Sequence record: SRR22947725_4314
Reading direction: 5' to 3' (one strand)
Length of the DNA stretch: 20,000 nucleotides
Shown here: piece by piece, positions 1-8,730 of the stretch
Position numbering within the stretch: position 1 is the first letter of the stretch
Layout: every line of letters starts with the position of its first letter
Notes under the pieces: generated by a model
What the model saw: the letters and a program-made list of their open reading frames with translations, nothing else
Told to the model about the DNA's origin: nothing
Database searches by the model: none
Program-made: the position numbers and the translations under genes

Positions 1-278
1 ACCGCGCAGACCTGATGGATTCGCTTGCCCATCGAGCCAGGGAACCGATGAATCGCTGGCTTCTCACAGCAGATGCTGACGAAGTCGTCCTCGGGCATCG
101 CGGCGATCTTGCCCGGGTCGAGGTGCCCGAGTCGTTCTTTCAGTGTCGATGGGCCAGCGAAGGCCCATTCCATGGGAACCTGCTGGTCAAGCAACATGCC
201 CAGCAGCAGTGCATTGGCGTCAGTGTTGAGCAAATTGTCGGCGGCTGCGTCGCCGGTGATGTAGAGCGTTCCGGTCAC
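1..278 (-). CDS. HhH-GPD-type base-excision DNA repair family protein (actinobacterial TIGR03252-like), partial; runs off the left edge
   Basis: Manual translation from GTG at 278: MTGTLYITGDAAADNLLNTDANALLLGMLLDQQVPMEWAFAGPSTLKERLGHLDPGKIAAMPEDDFVSICCEKPAIHRFPGSMGKRIHQVCA. The GMLLDQQ..ME.AF.GP and PAIHRFPGSM motifs are typical of this family. Starts 5 nt after the aceE stop. Absent from the ORF track because there is no stop in the window. Confidence 0.85.
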   Translation of the reverse strand, partial: MTGTLYITGDAAADNLLNTDANALLLGMLLDQQVPMEWAFAGPSTLKERLGHLDPGKIAAMPEDDFVSICCEKPAIHRFPGSMGKRIHQVCA

Positions 279-283
279 CGGTG

Positions 284-3010
284 TCAGATGATGAACGGGT
301 CGATGGCGTCGGGGTCGATGTCGTAGCGCCGGATCGCGTCATCGACGACGGAGGCGTCAACGGCACCATCACGGAACAAGCCGGACAGCACTGCGACGAC
401 GACGTGGCCGGTGTCGATCTCGAAGTGGCGACGGAGGGCATCGCGTGTGTCCGACCGACCCATCCCGTCCGTACCGAGCGGAATGAAGGTTCGACCCGGG
501 AGGAAGCGAAGCACCTGTTCAGGCACTGACACCATGAAGTCCGAGACGGCCGTGATGGGGCCTTGCGCATCGGCGAGGATCTGAGTGATTCGAGGCACAC
601 GTTGTTCGCCCGAAGGATGCAGCCGATTGTGACGCTCGGCGGAGAGTCCCTCCTCGCGCAGCGCCTTGTACGACGTGGCCGACCAGAGTTCGGCCCCGAC
701 CCCGTAATGCTCAGCGAGCTCGTTGACCGCTTCGCGGGCAGCGCCCTGAGCGGACCCGGAGAACATGATTGTTGCCGGCTTCAGGCCTTCACCACCGGGA
801 GCGTCAGCCCATTTGTAGAGACCCTCGACGATTGCTTCGGCAATGCCCTCGCGGTCGGGGAGTTCTGGCATCTCGTAGTTCTCGTTGTACAGGGTGATGT
901 AATAGAAAACATCGGTCTCGTCGGGCGTGCCGCCGCCATACATCCGCTTGATGCCAGCATCGACAATGGCACCAACTTCATAGGCAAAAGCGGGGTCGTA
1001 TGCCTGCACCGCGGGCACGGTCGAGGCGAGCACAAGGCTGTGGCCGTCTTGATGCTGGAGCCCTTCACCCATCAACGTGGTGCGGCCAGCGGTGGCGCCC
1101 ATCAGAAAGCCGCGAGTGCGCATGTCGGCGGCCTGCCAAATGAGGTCGCCCACACGCTGGAAACCGAACATCGAATAGAACGTGTAGAACGGAATCATCG
1201 GTACACCGCGAGTGGCGTAGCTCGTGCCTGCGGCGATGAAACTCGACATGGCTCCAGCCTCGGTGATGCCCTCTTCGAGGATCTGGCCTTTCTTGGACTC
1301 AGCGTATGAGAGCAGAAGATCGTGATCGACCGGCTCGTACTTCTGGCCCTGCGATGCGTAGATACCGATCTCTCGGAACAGCGAATCCATGCCAAAGGTA
1401 CGTGCCTCATCGGGGATGATGGGGACGATGCGACTGCCGACATGCTCGTCGCGGGTCAGGCTGCGCAGCAGACGGGTGAAGCCCATCGTGGTCGAGACCT
1501 CTTGGCCGTTCGAGCCGGCCCACATCTCCTTGTACGTCGCCGGGTCGGGGAGTGACATCGGCTTGCGCACGTGTGTGGTGCGCTGCGGGACCGAACCGTC
1601 GAGCGCCTTGCGGCGTTCCATCATGTACTGGTATTCGATCGAGTCGGGACCGAGCTTGATGTAGGGCGGGTTCTTGTCGTCGACGAGGTGCTCTGGGATC
1701 TCCTCGTGCAGATGCAAACGGTCGCGCATCTCGAGCAACTGCTTCTTGGTCATCTTCTTGATCTGGTGCGTCGAGTTGCGACCTTCGAAGCCCTCACCAA
1801 GTGTCCAGCCCTTGACCGTCTTGGCCAAGATCACGGTCGGACGGCCCGAACCGAGATTGTCGGTGGCGGCCTTGTAGGCGGCGTAGAGCTTGCGGTAGTC
1901 GTGGCCGCCGCGCGGCAGGTTGCGGAGTTCGTCATCGGACAGATGCGACACCATCTGACGGAGGCGGTCGTCAGGGCCAAAGAAGTGATCACGGGCGTAG
2001 CTGCCTGGTTCGACGGCGTAGCGCTGATACTCCCCGTCGACCGTCGTGTTCATCTTGTTGAGGAGCACACCGTCTTTGTCTTGGGCGAGCAAGTCGTCCC
2101 ACTTCGATCCCCAGACGACCTTGATGACGTTCCACCCCGCACCACGGAAGGTCGCCTCGAGTTCCTGAATGACCTTGCCATTTCCCCGCACCGGACCGTC
2201 GAGACGCTGCAGGTTGCAGTTGACGACAAACACAAGGTTGTCGAGCTGCTCGCGAGAGGCCAACGAAATGGCTCCGAGCGTTTCGGGCTCGTCGCACTCG
2301 CCGTCGCCGAGGAAGGCCCAGACGCGGCTGCCGGAGGTGTCATCGATTTCGCGGTTTTGGAGGTACCGGTTGTAGCGGGCTTGGTACAGCGCCGTCAACG
2401 AGCCGAGGCCCATCGACACCGTGGGAAACTCCCAAAAGTCAGGCATCAATCGCGGGTGGGGGTACGAGCTGAGGCCGCGACCGTCCCGGCCGAGTTCGCG
2501 GCGGAAATGGTCCAGATCGTCTTCGGTCAGTCGGCCTTCGAGGAAGGCGCGTGCGTAGACGCCGGGTGCAGCATGGCCTTGGAAGTACACGTGGTCGCCG
2601 GGTGTGCCATCGTCTTTGCCGCGAAAGAAGTGGTTGAACCCGATTTCATACAGTGCAGCGGAGCTCGCAAACGTCGAGAGGTGGCCGCCGATGCCGTCGG
2701 CGGCCTTGTTGGCCTTGACGACCATCGCTGCGGCGTTCCATCGGATGAAGGCTCGGATGCGTCGTTCGATGTGTTCATCACCCGGGAACCACGGCTCTTC
2801 GTCGCGCGGGATTGTGTTGACGTACGGAGTCGACACGGTGGCCGGGAACGAGACCTGACTGGCCCGGGCCCGTTCCATGAGCCGCGACAGGAGATACCGC
2901 GCTCGGTTCTTGCCGTGGACATCGACGACGGCATCGAGGCTGTCGAGCCATTCCTCGGTCTCGACCGGATCGATATCGGGCAGCTGATGTACGTGGCCGT
3001 CGAAAATCAT
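284..3010 (-). CDS. aceE: Pyruvate dehydrogenase E1 component, homodimeric AceE type
   Basis: 908 aa. N-terminal DIDPVETEEWLDSL, GGHLSTFASSA, LSSYPHP, TPP-binding motif GDGECDEPE...NCNLQRLDGPVRGN, EEGITEAG, GEGLQHQDGHS. Confidence 0.98.
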   Translation of the reverse strand: MIFDGHVHQLPDIDPVETEEWLDSLDAVVDVHGKNRARYLLSRLMERARASQVSFPATVSTPYVNTIPRDEEPWFPGDEHIERRIRAFIRWNAAAMVVKANKAADGIGGHLSTFASSAALYEIGFNHFFRGKDDGTPGDHVYFQGHAAPGVYARAFLEGRLTEDDLDHFRRELGRDGRGLSSYPHPRLMPDFWEFPTVSMGLGSLTALYQARYNRYLQNREIDDTSGSRVWAFLGDGECDEPETLGAISLASREQLDNLVFVVNCNLQRLDGPVRGNGKVIQELEATFRGAGWNVIKVVWGSKWDDLLAQDKDGVLLNKMNTTVDGEYQRYAVEPGSYARDHFFGPDDRLRQMVSHLSDDELRNLPRGGHDYRKLYAAYKAATDNLGSGRPTVILAKTVKGWTLGEGFEGRNSTHQIKKMTKKQLLEMRDRLHLHEEIPEHLVDDKNPPYIKLGPDSIEYQYMMERRKALDGSVPQRTTHVRKPMSLPDPATYKEMWAGSNGQEVSTTMGFTRLLRSLTRDEHVGSRIVPIIPDEARTFGMDSLFREIGIYASQGQKYEPVDHDLLLSYAESKKGQILEEGITEAGAMSSFIAAGTSYATRGVPMIPFYTFYSMFGFQRVGDLIWQAADMRTRGFLMGATAGRTTLMGEGLQHQDGHSLVLASTVPAVQAYDPAFAYEVGAIVDAGIKRMYGGGTPDETDVFYYITLYNENYEMPELPDREGIAEAIVEGLYKWADAPGGEGLKPATIMFSGSAQGAAREAVNELAEHYGVGAELWSATSYKALREEGLSAERHNRLHPSGEQRVPRITQILADAQGPITAVSDFMVSVPEQVLRFLPGRTFIPLGTDGMGRSDTRDALRRHFEIDTGHVVVAVLSGLFRDGAVDASVVDDAIRRYDIDPDAIDPFII

Positions 3011-3098
3011 ACGAGTGCCATTGTCGCAGGGTTACCGCGCGGTACGCGACGGGTGATCGAAAGTGTTCACACTGACGTGGACACATGCCCCGGGGAGG

Positions 3099-3707
3099 TC
3101 AGGTGGGGCCGAGAGGGGTGGCGGCTGCGAGCCCCGGGCCTGGTGGCCGTGGGCCGAGCGGGTCGGCGAGGAGCGCCGAGATTCGATCGATGTACATCTG
3201 TGTGAACACCTTGACGCCCGTGAAGGTCTGGTGCACATGGTCGACAAACCAGTCAGGTCGTGATGCCGAGAGGTCGTGCCATCGAATGAGGGCGATGTAC
3301 GGATCCCGCGCAGCCCTGATTCCGATCGCAGTGTTGAACCAGCGTGAGGCATCCCACTGGCTGCGGTTGGCCACGGTGACCCAAGCAATTGGAACACCAG
3401 GACCGATCTCGGCGAGGAGTTGATCGATGATCTTGCCATCGAACGCAATGGGGTCAGGGCACCTGCAGTTGTCGACGACACCCAAGTCGTTGGTGCCCAA
3501 CTGGATGACCCAGAGTGCAGGTGAAACGCCGGCCGCCTTGAGTGACCGCACCCGTGCGACACCGGAGTCGCGACGTCCCAGGAAGTTGAACGACACAGCG
3601 ATGCGCCGGGCACTGAGCCCTTCGACCCGAACATTCAGCCCAGCGTTGCGCAGGGTTGGCCTGATGTAATCGACGTTTCGGCCGGTCAGGGAATCACCAA
3701 CGATCAC
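3099..3707 (-). CDS. SGNH/GDSL hydrolase (catalytic portion; the frame extends upstream through a signal-peptide-like segment to an in-frame TAG at 3822-3824)
   Basis: Block I VGDSL, block III QLGTND and block V DHVH are all intact. The true start is uncertain (see findings). Confidence 0.8.
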   Translation of the reverse strand: MIVGDSLTGRNVDYIRPTLRNAGLNVRVEGLSARRIAVSFNFLGRRDSGVARVRSLKAAGVSPALWVIQLGTNDLGVVDNCRCPDPIAFDGKIIDQLLAEIGPGVPIAWVTVANRSQWDASRWFNTAIGIRAARDPYIALIRWHDLSASRPDWFVDHVHQTFTGVKVFTQMYIDRISALLADPLGPRPPGPGLAAATPLGPT

Positions 3708-3859
3708 GGCGTCGGGTTGGCCTGGCGCAGCAGCGGCTTGCCGGCTAGCGCTGAGCGGTGCGATTCCCGCCAGGAGCGCTGCAGCGACGAAGCAGGAGAC
3801 GGCGACGAGTATCCGCCGTGGCTAATTCGCCATCATCAATCCGCTGCGCATCACCGGTG

Positions 3860-3883
3860 ATCTTATGGCGCACGCCGTAGCGT
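3860..3883. promoter_or_regulatory. Back-to-back -10 boxes of divergent leaderless promoters (SGNH gene / rnhA)
   Basis: Minus strand: TAAGAT (3865-3860), 5 nt before GTG 3854 and 8 nt before ATG 3851. Plus strand: TAGCGT (3878-3883), 7 nt before ATG 3891. Both fit TANNNT. Confidence 0.55.
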
Positions 3884-3890
3884 TGGATCG

Positions 3891-4340
3891 ATGCAGCGAC
3901 TCGAGATATACACCGACGGTGCGTGTCAGGGAAACCCTGGACCGGGCGGTTGGGGCTGGGCGGTGGCACCAGAAGGACAACCCTGCGGGTCAGGTGGTGA
4001 CCCCGACTCAACGAACCAGCGGATGGAGGTGTACGCAGTGATTGACGCACTGCGCACCTACTCCACGGTGGCCGACGAACACGGCGCCCCGCTCCCGATT
4101 GAGATCGTGTCCGACTCGACCTACGTGGTCAACTGTTTCCGCGACAAGTGGTGGGTCAAGTGGGAGCGCAACGGCTGGAAAAATGCCAAGAAGCAACCAG
4201 TTGCCAACGAAGACCTCTGGAAGCCATTGATCGAGCTCGTCAAGTCAAGCGACGTCACGTTCCGGTGGGTGAAGGGTCATAGTGGCGACCGAATGAACGA
4301 TCTCGTTGACGCACTCGCCGTCGCAGCAGTTCCGCGCTGA
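3891..4340 (+). CDS. rnhA: Ribonuclease HI
   Basis: 149 aa. IYTDGACQGNPGPGGWG, TNQRME, SDSTYV, NGWKN..K.PV.N.DLW and WVKGHSG..MND.VD; the acidic catalytic residues are intact. Confidence 0.96.
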   Translation: MQRLEIYTDGACQGNPGPGGWGWAVAPEGQPCGSGGDPDSTNQRMEVYAVIDALRTYSTVADEHGAPLPIEIVSDSTYVVNCFRDKWWVKWERNGWKNAKKQPVANEDLWKPLIELVKSSDVTFRWVKGHSGDRMNDLVDALAVAAVPR

Positions 4341-4385
4341 CTCCGGCAGGTGCAGGGCCTCACAACGCAGCTACGAACCTTGACT

Positions 4386-4412
4386 CGAGCTTGAGGGTTC
4401 TCCTCAAGCTCG
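4386..4412 (+). terminator. Perfect 11-bp stem hairpin after rnhA (probable U-tract-less terminator, or an operator)
   Basis: CGAGCTTGAGG-GTTCT-CCTCAAGCTCG, 45 nt downstream of the rnhA stop. Confidence 0.5.
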
Positions 4413-4491
4413 GGGCGTCTGATGTCGATACTCATAATAGATGACGGAGATGACGCCGTTCGGGCGTCTCTGAATATTACGGTTCGGTGAT

Positions 4492-7400
4492 ATGCGTACG
4501 ATGAGATGGAGTCGACTGGGCACGGCGCTGGCGATTGTCGCTGGCACCCTGGCACTGGGTGCGCCCGGTTCGCCGACCCCATCTGTCAGCGCTGCTCCAA
4601 ACGACATCATCGCCGTTGTCATCGACGGTACGGGCTACGGACATGGGCGCGGCATGAGCCAGTGGGGCGCCTATGGCTATGCGGTGGACCACGGGTGGGA
4701 CTGGAATCAGATCCTCGGCCACTACTACGGCGGAACCGATTCGAGCACCGTGCCCTCGGGGCAACGCATTCGCGTGCGGCTCACGGGCCTCGATGGGGCC
4801 GGAACCGTGGGAGTCGTGTCCTATGGCTCGCCGATCAACTGGAAGGGCTTTACCCGCGCCTCGATGTACGCGGAGGAGACATCCACGCCCGGCGCGTTCA
4901 GGGTCTACGGATCGACCGCACGGTCGTGCCCTGGCCAATCGACGCTGACCGTTCCGTCCGGCCTGCCGGAGATCGCGAAGGGCTCGCCGGACAGCGGCGC
5001 GGTGAACCAGATTCAGACCTTCCTCAAGCAGTACCAGTCGACGGTCATTGCCGTCGACGGCGACTTCGGCAACCAGACTCGCGGATACCTGATCGACTGG
5101 CAGAACGCCCAAAGCCTGACCGTCGACGGCATCTGGAACCCTGAGGACGCAGCTCGAGCTCGGTCGATCATCGATGCGGACTCTGGTGGGGGTTTCACCT
5201 TGCTTGGCACCGCGACCACAAGCGCCGGCAACCCGCTCAGCTTCACGATCGCCAACGGCGACACGTCCTCGATTGCGCCGAATCAGACAATCGGACTGTG
5301 CGCGCGAGACCGGACGATCACGCACTACCGCGGCAGCATCGACGTACTGAACATGTCATCCGGGAACCGGGTCGTCAATGACGTGAAGGTCGAGGACTAC
5401 CTGCGTGGCGTGCTACCGAAGGAAATCTCCGCCTCGTGGGCGAACGCCGGGGGAGGGGCGGGTGTCAACGCTGTGCGAGCCCAGGCCGTTGCTGCCCGCT
5501 CATACGGACTGCAGCAGGCGCGCAGCTACTTCTACGACGGTTCGTCGGCGCGCTACGCCACCACCTGCGATACAACCTCGTGTCAGGTTTATGGCGGTGC
5601 AGCTCGCCGGTCAACTGCGTCCGGTTCGTCCACATCAGTCGAGCATGTCCTCACCGATGCCGCTGCGGCAGCAACGGCCAATGTCGTCCGCCGCTGGCCG
5701 AGCGGGCATTCCAAGGGTGGACAAATCGTTTCGACCGAGTTCTCTGCGTCGAACGGTCCACGTACGGCGGGCGGCGAATTCCCACCCGTCGATGACATCG
5801 GCGACGACACGATTTCCAACCCGAACCATCGTTGGACTCGGGTCATTGACGCTGACACCCTCGAGTCGAGATACGGCCTCGGGCAAATCACCTCGGCGGC
5901 GATGACTGAGGCAGCGCAAAGCCAATATCGGAGCTACGACGGCATCTGGTTTAACGACATCGTGCTCACTGGCACAAGAGATACCGAACGGATGCAGGCG
6001 TGGGACTTCCGCCGCAGCTTCAACCTGCCGTCGCCGGGTTTCACCGTGCGGGTCATTCGCGAGAACACCACATTGAAATCCTTCGGGATGATCGGCGACT
6101 CGGTGGGGGAGAGCATTGCTGCTGGCGGGACCTCTGAATTCAACCGACTGATCGACGGAACATTCGCATCTGCGACGATCAGTACACGGGTGGGCCGATG
6201 CACGACACGTGTGTCCTGCCCCGGAACCAGCGGTGTCGAACAGGCGGCATTGCTGCCGACAGGCCTTGACCTGGTCATCGTCGAACTTGGCTACAACGAC
6301 ATCGCCAGCACGTTCGCCTCGGACATTGACGCCATGATGAACGCGCTCACTGCTCGGGGAGTAGCGCGCGTTGCCTGGGTCAACATGGCCGACATTCGAA
6401 CAACTTCGAAGGGTTCGACGTATGGCCCGATGAATGCTCAACTCTCGGCTGCCGAATCCCGATGGTCGACGCTCATGGTTCTGGACTGGAACGCAGCGAG
6501 TGCCAGCGGCGAGGCCCGGGCCCGCTGGTTCGCTGACGGCGTGCATCTGACGACCACCGGCCAAGCCGAATTCGCCCTTTGGCTGCGTGAGGCGGCCCTG
6601 GACCTGACCCCGAGCCATTTCCTCGCCCCGCCCAGGAAGCTTCGGATCCCGGTCGTTGGTCGGGAGCTGAAGACTCCCACCGGAGGGCCGATCACCGTCC
6701 CGGCGACGGCATCCGCGGTCGCATTGAATGTCACCAGTGTGAACACATCGGGCGACGGCTACGTCACCGTCTGGCCGTGCGAGACGGAACGGCGCGTCAC
6801 AGCGAACCTCAACATGTATCGCGGCAAGATCATCGGCAACAACGTGATTGCATCGATCGACTCGGCCGGGGAGATCTGCCTCTGGTCAAGCGTCGGGACC
6901 GACCTGGTCGTCGACGTGACCGGGTGGTTCGATGACTCCGGATCGACCTCGCCCTACGAATCGGTGAGCCCGCAACGGATTGTTGACTCGCGCGAAGGGT
7001 ACGGGGCGCCCCAGCGCAAGCTGAGTCCAGGGGCGCCGCTCGTCATCGATGTCGTCGGACGTAGGGCCACGCGATCTGATGGTTCGACCGCCACCGTTCC
7101 CGACGGAGTGAGCAGCGTCGTAATCAATCTGGCGGCCGTGAACGCTGTCGGGCCTGGGTTCTTCACTGTCTGGCCGTGTGCGGTCGACCGTGCAGTCACC
7201 GCCAGCCTGAACTACCGAGTGGGTTCGGCTGTGTCGAACGGTTTCCTCGCTGCCGTGGACGACAATGGTCAGGTTTGTGTGTACTCAGAAGTTGATGCTG
7301 ACATCGTCATTGACCTGCAGGGGTGGTTCGGTCCAACCGATCCGGCGTTCTCCGCCAGCGACCCGTATCGACTCGTCGACACGCGGATCGGGCGCGGAGC

Positions 7401-7794
7401 CCCCCAACAGCGGGTGGTAGAGAGCGCCCCGCTCGAGGTGCCGATCCGGGGCATCACGGTTCCGGTGAATGGCCGCAATGTCACTGTTCCAGATGGGGCC
7501 GTCGCCGCAGTCATCAACGTTGTCGCGACCGAGCCGGTGGGTGATGGCTACTTCACTGTGTGGGGGTGCGATGGTGCGTCGCCCCTCACGTCGAGCCTGA
7601 ACTATGGGCAGGGAGCCACAGTTGCCAACGGGGTGATTGCGCCCGTTGGACCCGACGGCTCAATTTGTATCTATACGAAGGCTTCGAGCCATGTCGTGGT
7701 CGATATCGCCGGTTGGGTGACCGACGGCTTAGTCGCTGTTACGCCGGAACGATTTGTCGACACCCGCTACGCAATTGGGCCCGCTCCGACCTGA
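4492..7794 (+). CDS. Secreted multidomain cell-wall protein: SpoIID/LytB domain with inserted peptidoglycan-binding domain + SGNH hydrolase domain + three C-terminal ~120-aa repeats
   Basis: Signal peptide MRTMRWSRLGTALAIVAGTLALG. SpoIID motifs GYGHGRGMSQWGA..ILGHYY (4633-), EDYLRGVLPKE (5392-), RAQAVAARSY and CDTTSCQVY. PG-binding-1-like segment KGS..GAVNQIQTFL..VDGDFGNQT..WQ..LTVDGIW (~4972-5148). SGNH motifs IGDSV (6091), ELGYND and DGVH (6535-6546). Repeats at ~6620-7720. Confidence 0.9.
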   Translation: MRTMRWSRLGTALAIVAGTLALGAPGSPTPSVSAAPNDIIAVVIDGTGYGHGRGMSQWGAYGYAVDHGWDWNQILGHYYGGTDSSTVPSGQRIRVRLTGLDGAGTVGVVSYGSPINWKGFTRASMYAEETSTPGAFRVYGSTARSCPGQSTLTVPSGLPEIAKGSPDSGAVNQIQTFLKQYQSTVIAVDGDFGNQTRGYLIDWQNAQSLTVDGIWNPEDAARARSIIDADSGGGFTLLGTATTSAGNPLSFTIANGDTSSIAPNQTIGLCARDRTITHYRGSIDVLNMSSGNRVVNDVKVEDYLRGVLPKEISASWANAGGGAGVNAVRAQAVAARSYGLQQARSYFYDGSSARYATTCDTTSCQVYGGAARRSTASGSSTSVEHVLTDAAAAATANVVRRWPSGHSKGGQIVSTEFSASNGPRTAGGEFPPVDDIGDDTISNPNHRWTRVIDADTLESRYGLGQITSAAMTEAAQSQYRSYDGIWFNDIVLTGTRDTERMQAWDFRRSFNLPSPGFTVRVIRENTTLKSFGMIGDSVGESIAAGGTSEFNRLIDGTFASATISTRVGRCTTRVSCPGTSGVEQAALLPTGLDLVIVELGYNDIASTFASDIDAMMNALTARGVARVAWVNMADIRTTSKGSTYGPMNAQLSAAESRWSTLMVLDWNAASASGEARARWFADGVHLTTTGQAEFALWLREAALDLTPSHFLAPPRKLRIPVVGRELKTPTGGPITVPATASAVALNVTSVNTSGDGYVTVWPCETERRVTANLNMYRGKIIGNNVIASIDSAGEICLWSSVGTDLVVDVTGWFDDSGSTSPYESVSPQRIVDSREGYGAPQRKLSPGAPLVIDVVGRRATRSDGSTATVPDGVSSVVINLAAVNAVGPGFFTVWPCAVDRAVTASLNYRVGSAVSNGFLAAVDDNGQVCVYSEVDADIVIDLQGWFGPTDPAFSASDPYRLVDTRIGRGAPQQRVVESAPLEVPIRGITVPVNGRNVTVPDGAVAAVINVVATEPVGDGYFTVWGCDGASPLTSSLNYGQGATVANGVIAPVGPDGSICIYTKASSHVVVDIAGWVTDGLVAVTPERFVDTRYAIGPAPT
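6619..7780 (+). repeat. Three tandem ~120-aa beta-rich protein repeats (P.R.vDtR ... VP.gA.AV.lNv ... GyfTVWpC ... lNy ... G.iC.y ... vvD..GW)
   Basis: Visible in translation: units end in DVTGWF, DLQGWF and DIAGWV, and each has two Cys (TVWPC/TVWGC and G.iC). Confidence 0.8.
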
Positions 7795-7879
7795 GTAACG
7801 GAGCGGCCGGACCTGATTGCGGTGTGCCCGATGGCCCAGAATTGCTGGCAGTCGACTCTGTCGGAATAGTTTCCTGTGT

Positions 7880-8656
7880 ATGGACATTTCTGGAGCAAGT
7901 GCAATCGTCACCGGCGGAGCGTCGGGCATCGGGGCCGCGTCGGCACGCATGTTGGCCGCCCGCGGCGCCAAGGTCGTCATCGCTGACCTGAACGAAGAGG
8001 CCGGCAACGCCCTCGCCGACGAGATCGGCGGCGCTTTCGCCAAGGTCGACGTCACCAACACCGACGACATCATCGAGGCCGTCGAGATGGCCAAGTCGAT
8101 GGGCCCCGTTCGGGTGCTCGTCAACTCGGCCGGAATCGGCTGGGCGCAACGCACGATTGGTCGTGACGGCACGGTCGAATCGGCGGCGAATCTCGACGCA
8201 TTCAAGAAGGTCATCGCCATCAACCTGATCGGCTCGTTCGATGCCATCCGCATCGCCGCTACGGCGATGAGCACCACTGAGCCAATGGAGCACGGCGAGC
8301 GCGGCGCGATTGTCAACATCGCCTCCGTCGCAGCGTTTGACGGCCAGATTGGGCAGGCCAGCTACTCCGCATCGAAGGGCGGTGTCGTTGGCATGACCCT
8401 CCCGATCGCGCGCGACCTGTCCGCCTCGGGCATCCGCGTCAACACGGTTGCACCCGGCCTCATCGACACGCCGATCTACGGCGAGGGCGAAGACAGCGAA
8501 GCGTTCAAAGAGAACCTGCAAAAGGGCGTCCTCTTCCCGAAGCGCCTCGGCGACCCAGAGCAGCTCGCTTCGATGGTCATCGAGTGCATCACCAACAGCT
8601 ACATGAACGCGGAATCCATTCGCGTTGACGGTGGCATCCGCATGCCCCCCAAGTGA
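7880..8656 (+). CDS. SDR family NAD(P)-dependent oxidoreductase, 3-hydroxyacyl-CoA dehydrogenase type-2 (HSD17B10)-like
   Basis: TGGASGIG, NSAGIG, ERGAIVNIASVAAFDGQIGQASYSASKGG and IRVDGGIRMPPK. Start placed at ATG 7880 (MDISG), preceded by TAGTTT-N7. Confidence 0.93.
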   Translation: MDISGASAIVTGGASGIGAASARMLAARGAKVVIADLNEEAGNALADEIGGAFAKVDVTNTDDIIEAVEMAKSMGPVRVLVNSAGIGWAQRTIGRDGTVESAANLDAFKKVIAINLIGSFDAIRIAATAMSTTEPMEHGERGAIVNIASVAAFDGQIGQASYSASKGGVVGMTLPIARDLSASGIRVNTVAPGLIDTPIYGEGEDSEAFKENLQKGVLFPKRLGDPEQLASMVIECITNSYMNAESIRVDGGIRMPPK

Positions 8657-8691
8657 CACCCGGCGCCTGCTCGCTGTCCAGCCGACTGCCT

Positions 8692-8730
8692 GCTCAGTTA
8701 CGTCGGGGTCGGGACCAGGTGTAACTGAGC
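8692..8730. repeat. Inverted repeat, 10-bp perfect arms, 19-nt spacer (terminator or REP-like element)
   Basis: GCTCAGTTAC (8692-8701) and GTAACTGAGC (8721-8730), 35 nt downstream of the SDR stop. Confidence 0.6.

Noticed and set aside
1571-3205. 544-aa + strand ORF, and similar long antisense ORFs at 15..326, 5635..6618, 7739..8659 and 15958..17301
   Set aside because: Antisense shadows of well-supported genes; long open antisense frames are expected with high-GC codon bias, and they show no motifs.
3822-3824. Pyrrolysine or TAG reassignment at the SGNH amber codon
   Set aside because: TAG is a normal stop for DUF427 (9072-9074), the site lies in a non-catalytic N-terminal region, and there are no pyl genes in the window.
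4386-4412. HspR HAIR or SoxR box (CTTGAG...CTCAAG)
   Set aside because: HAIR needs CTTGAGT-N7-ACTCAAG; this has CTTGAGG-N5-CCTCAAG, and the arm order is the reverse of a SoxR box. Better explained as a hairpin after rnhA.
4341-4491. c-di-AMP (ydaO) riboswitch upstream of the cell-wall hydrolase
   Set aside because: The conserved riboswitch segments are not recognisable, and a -10 box directly before the ATG suggests no leader.
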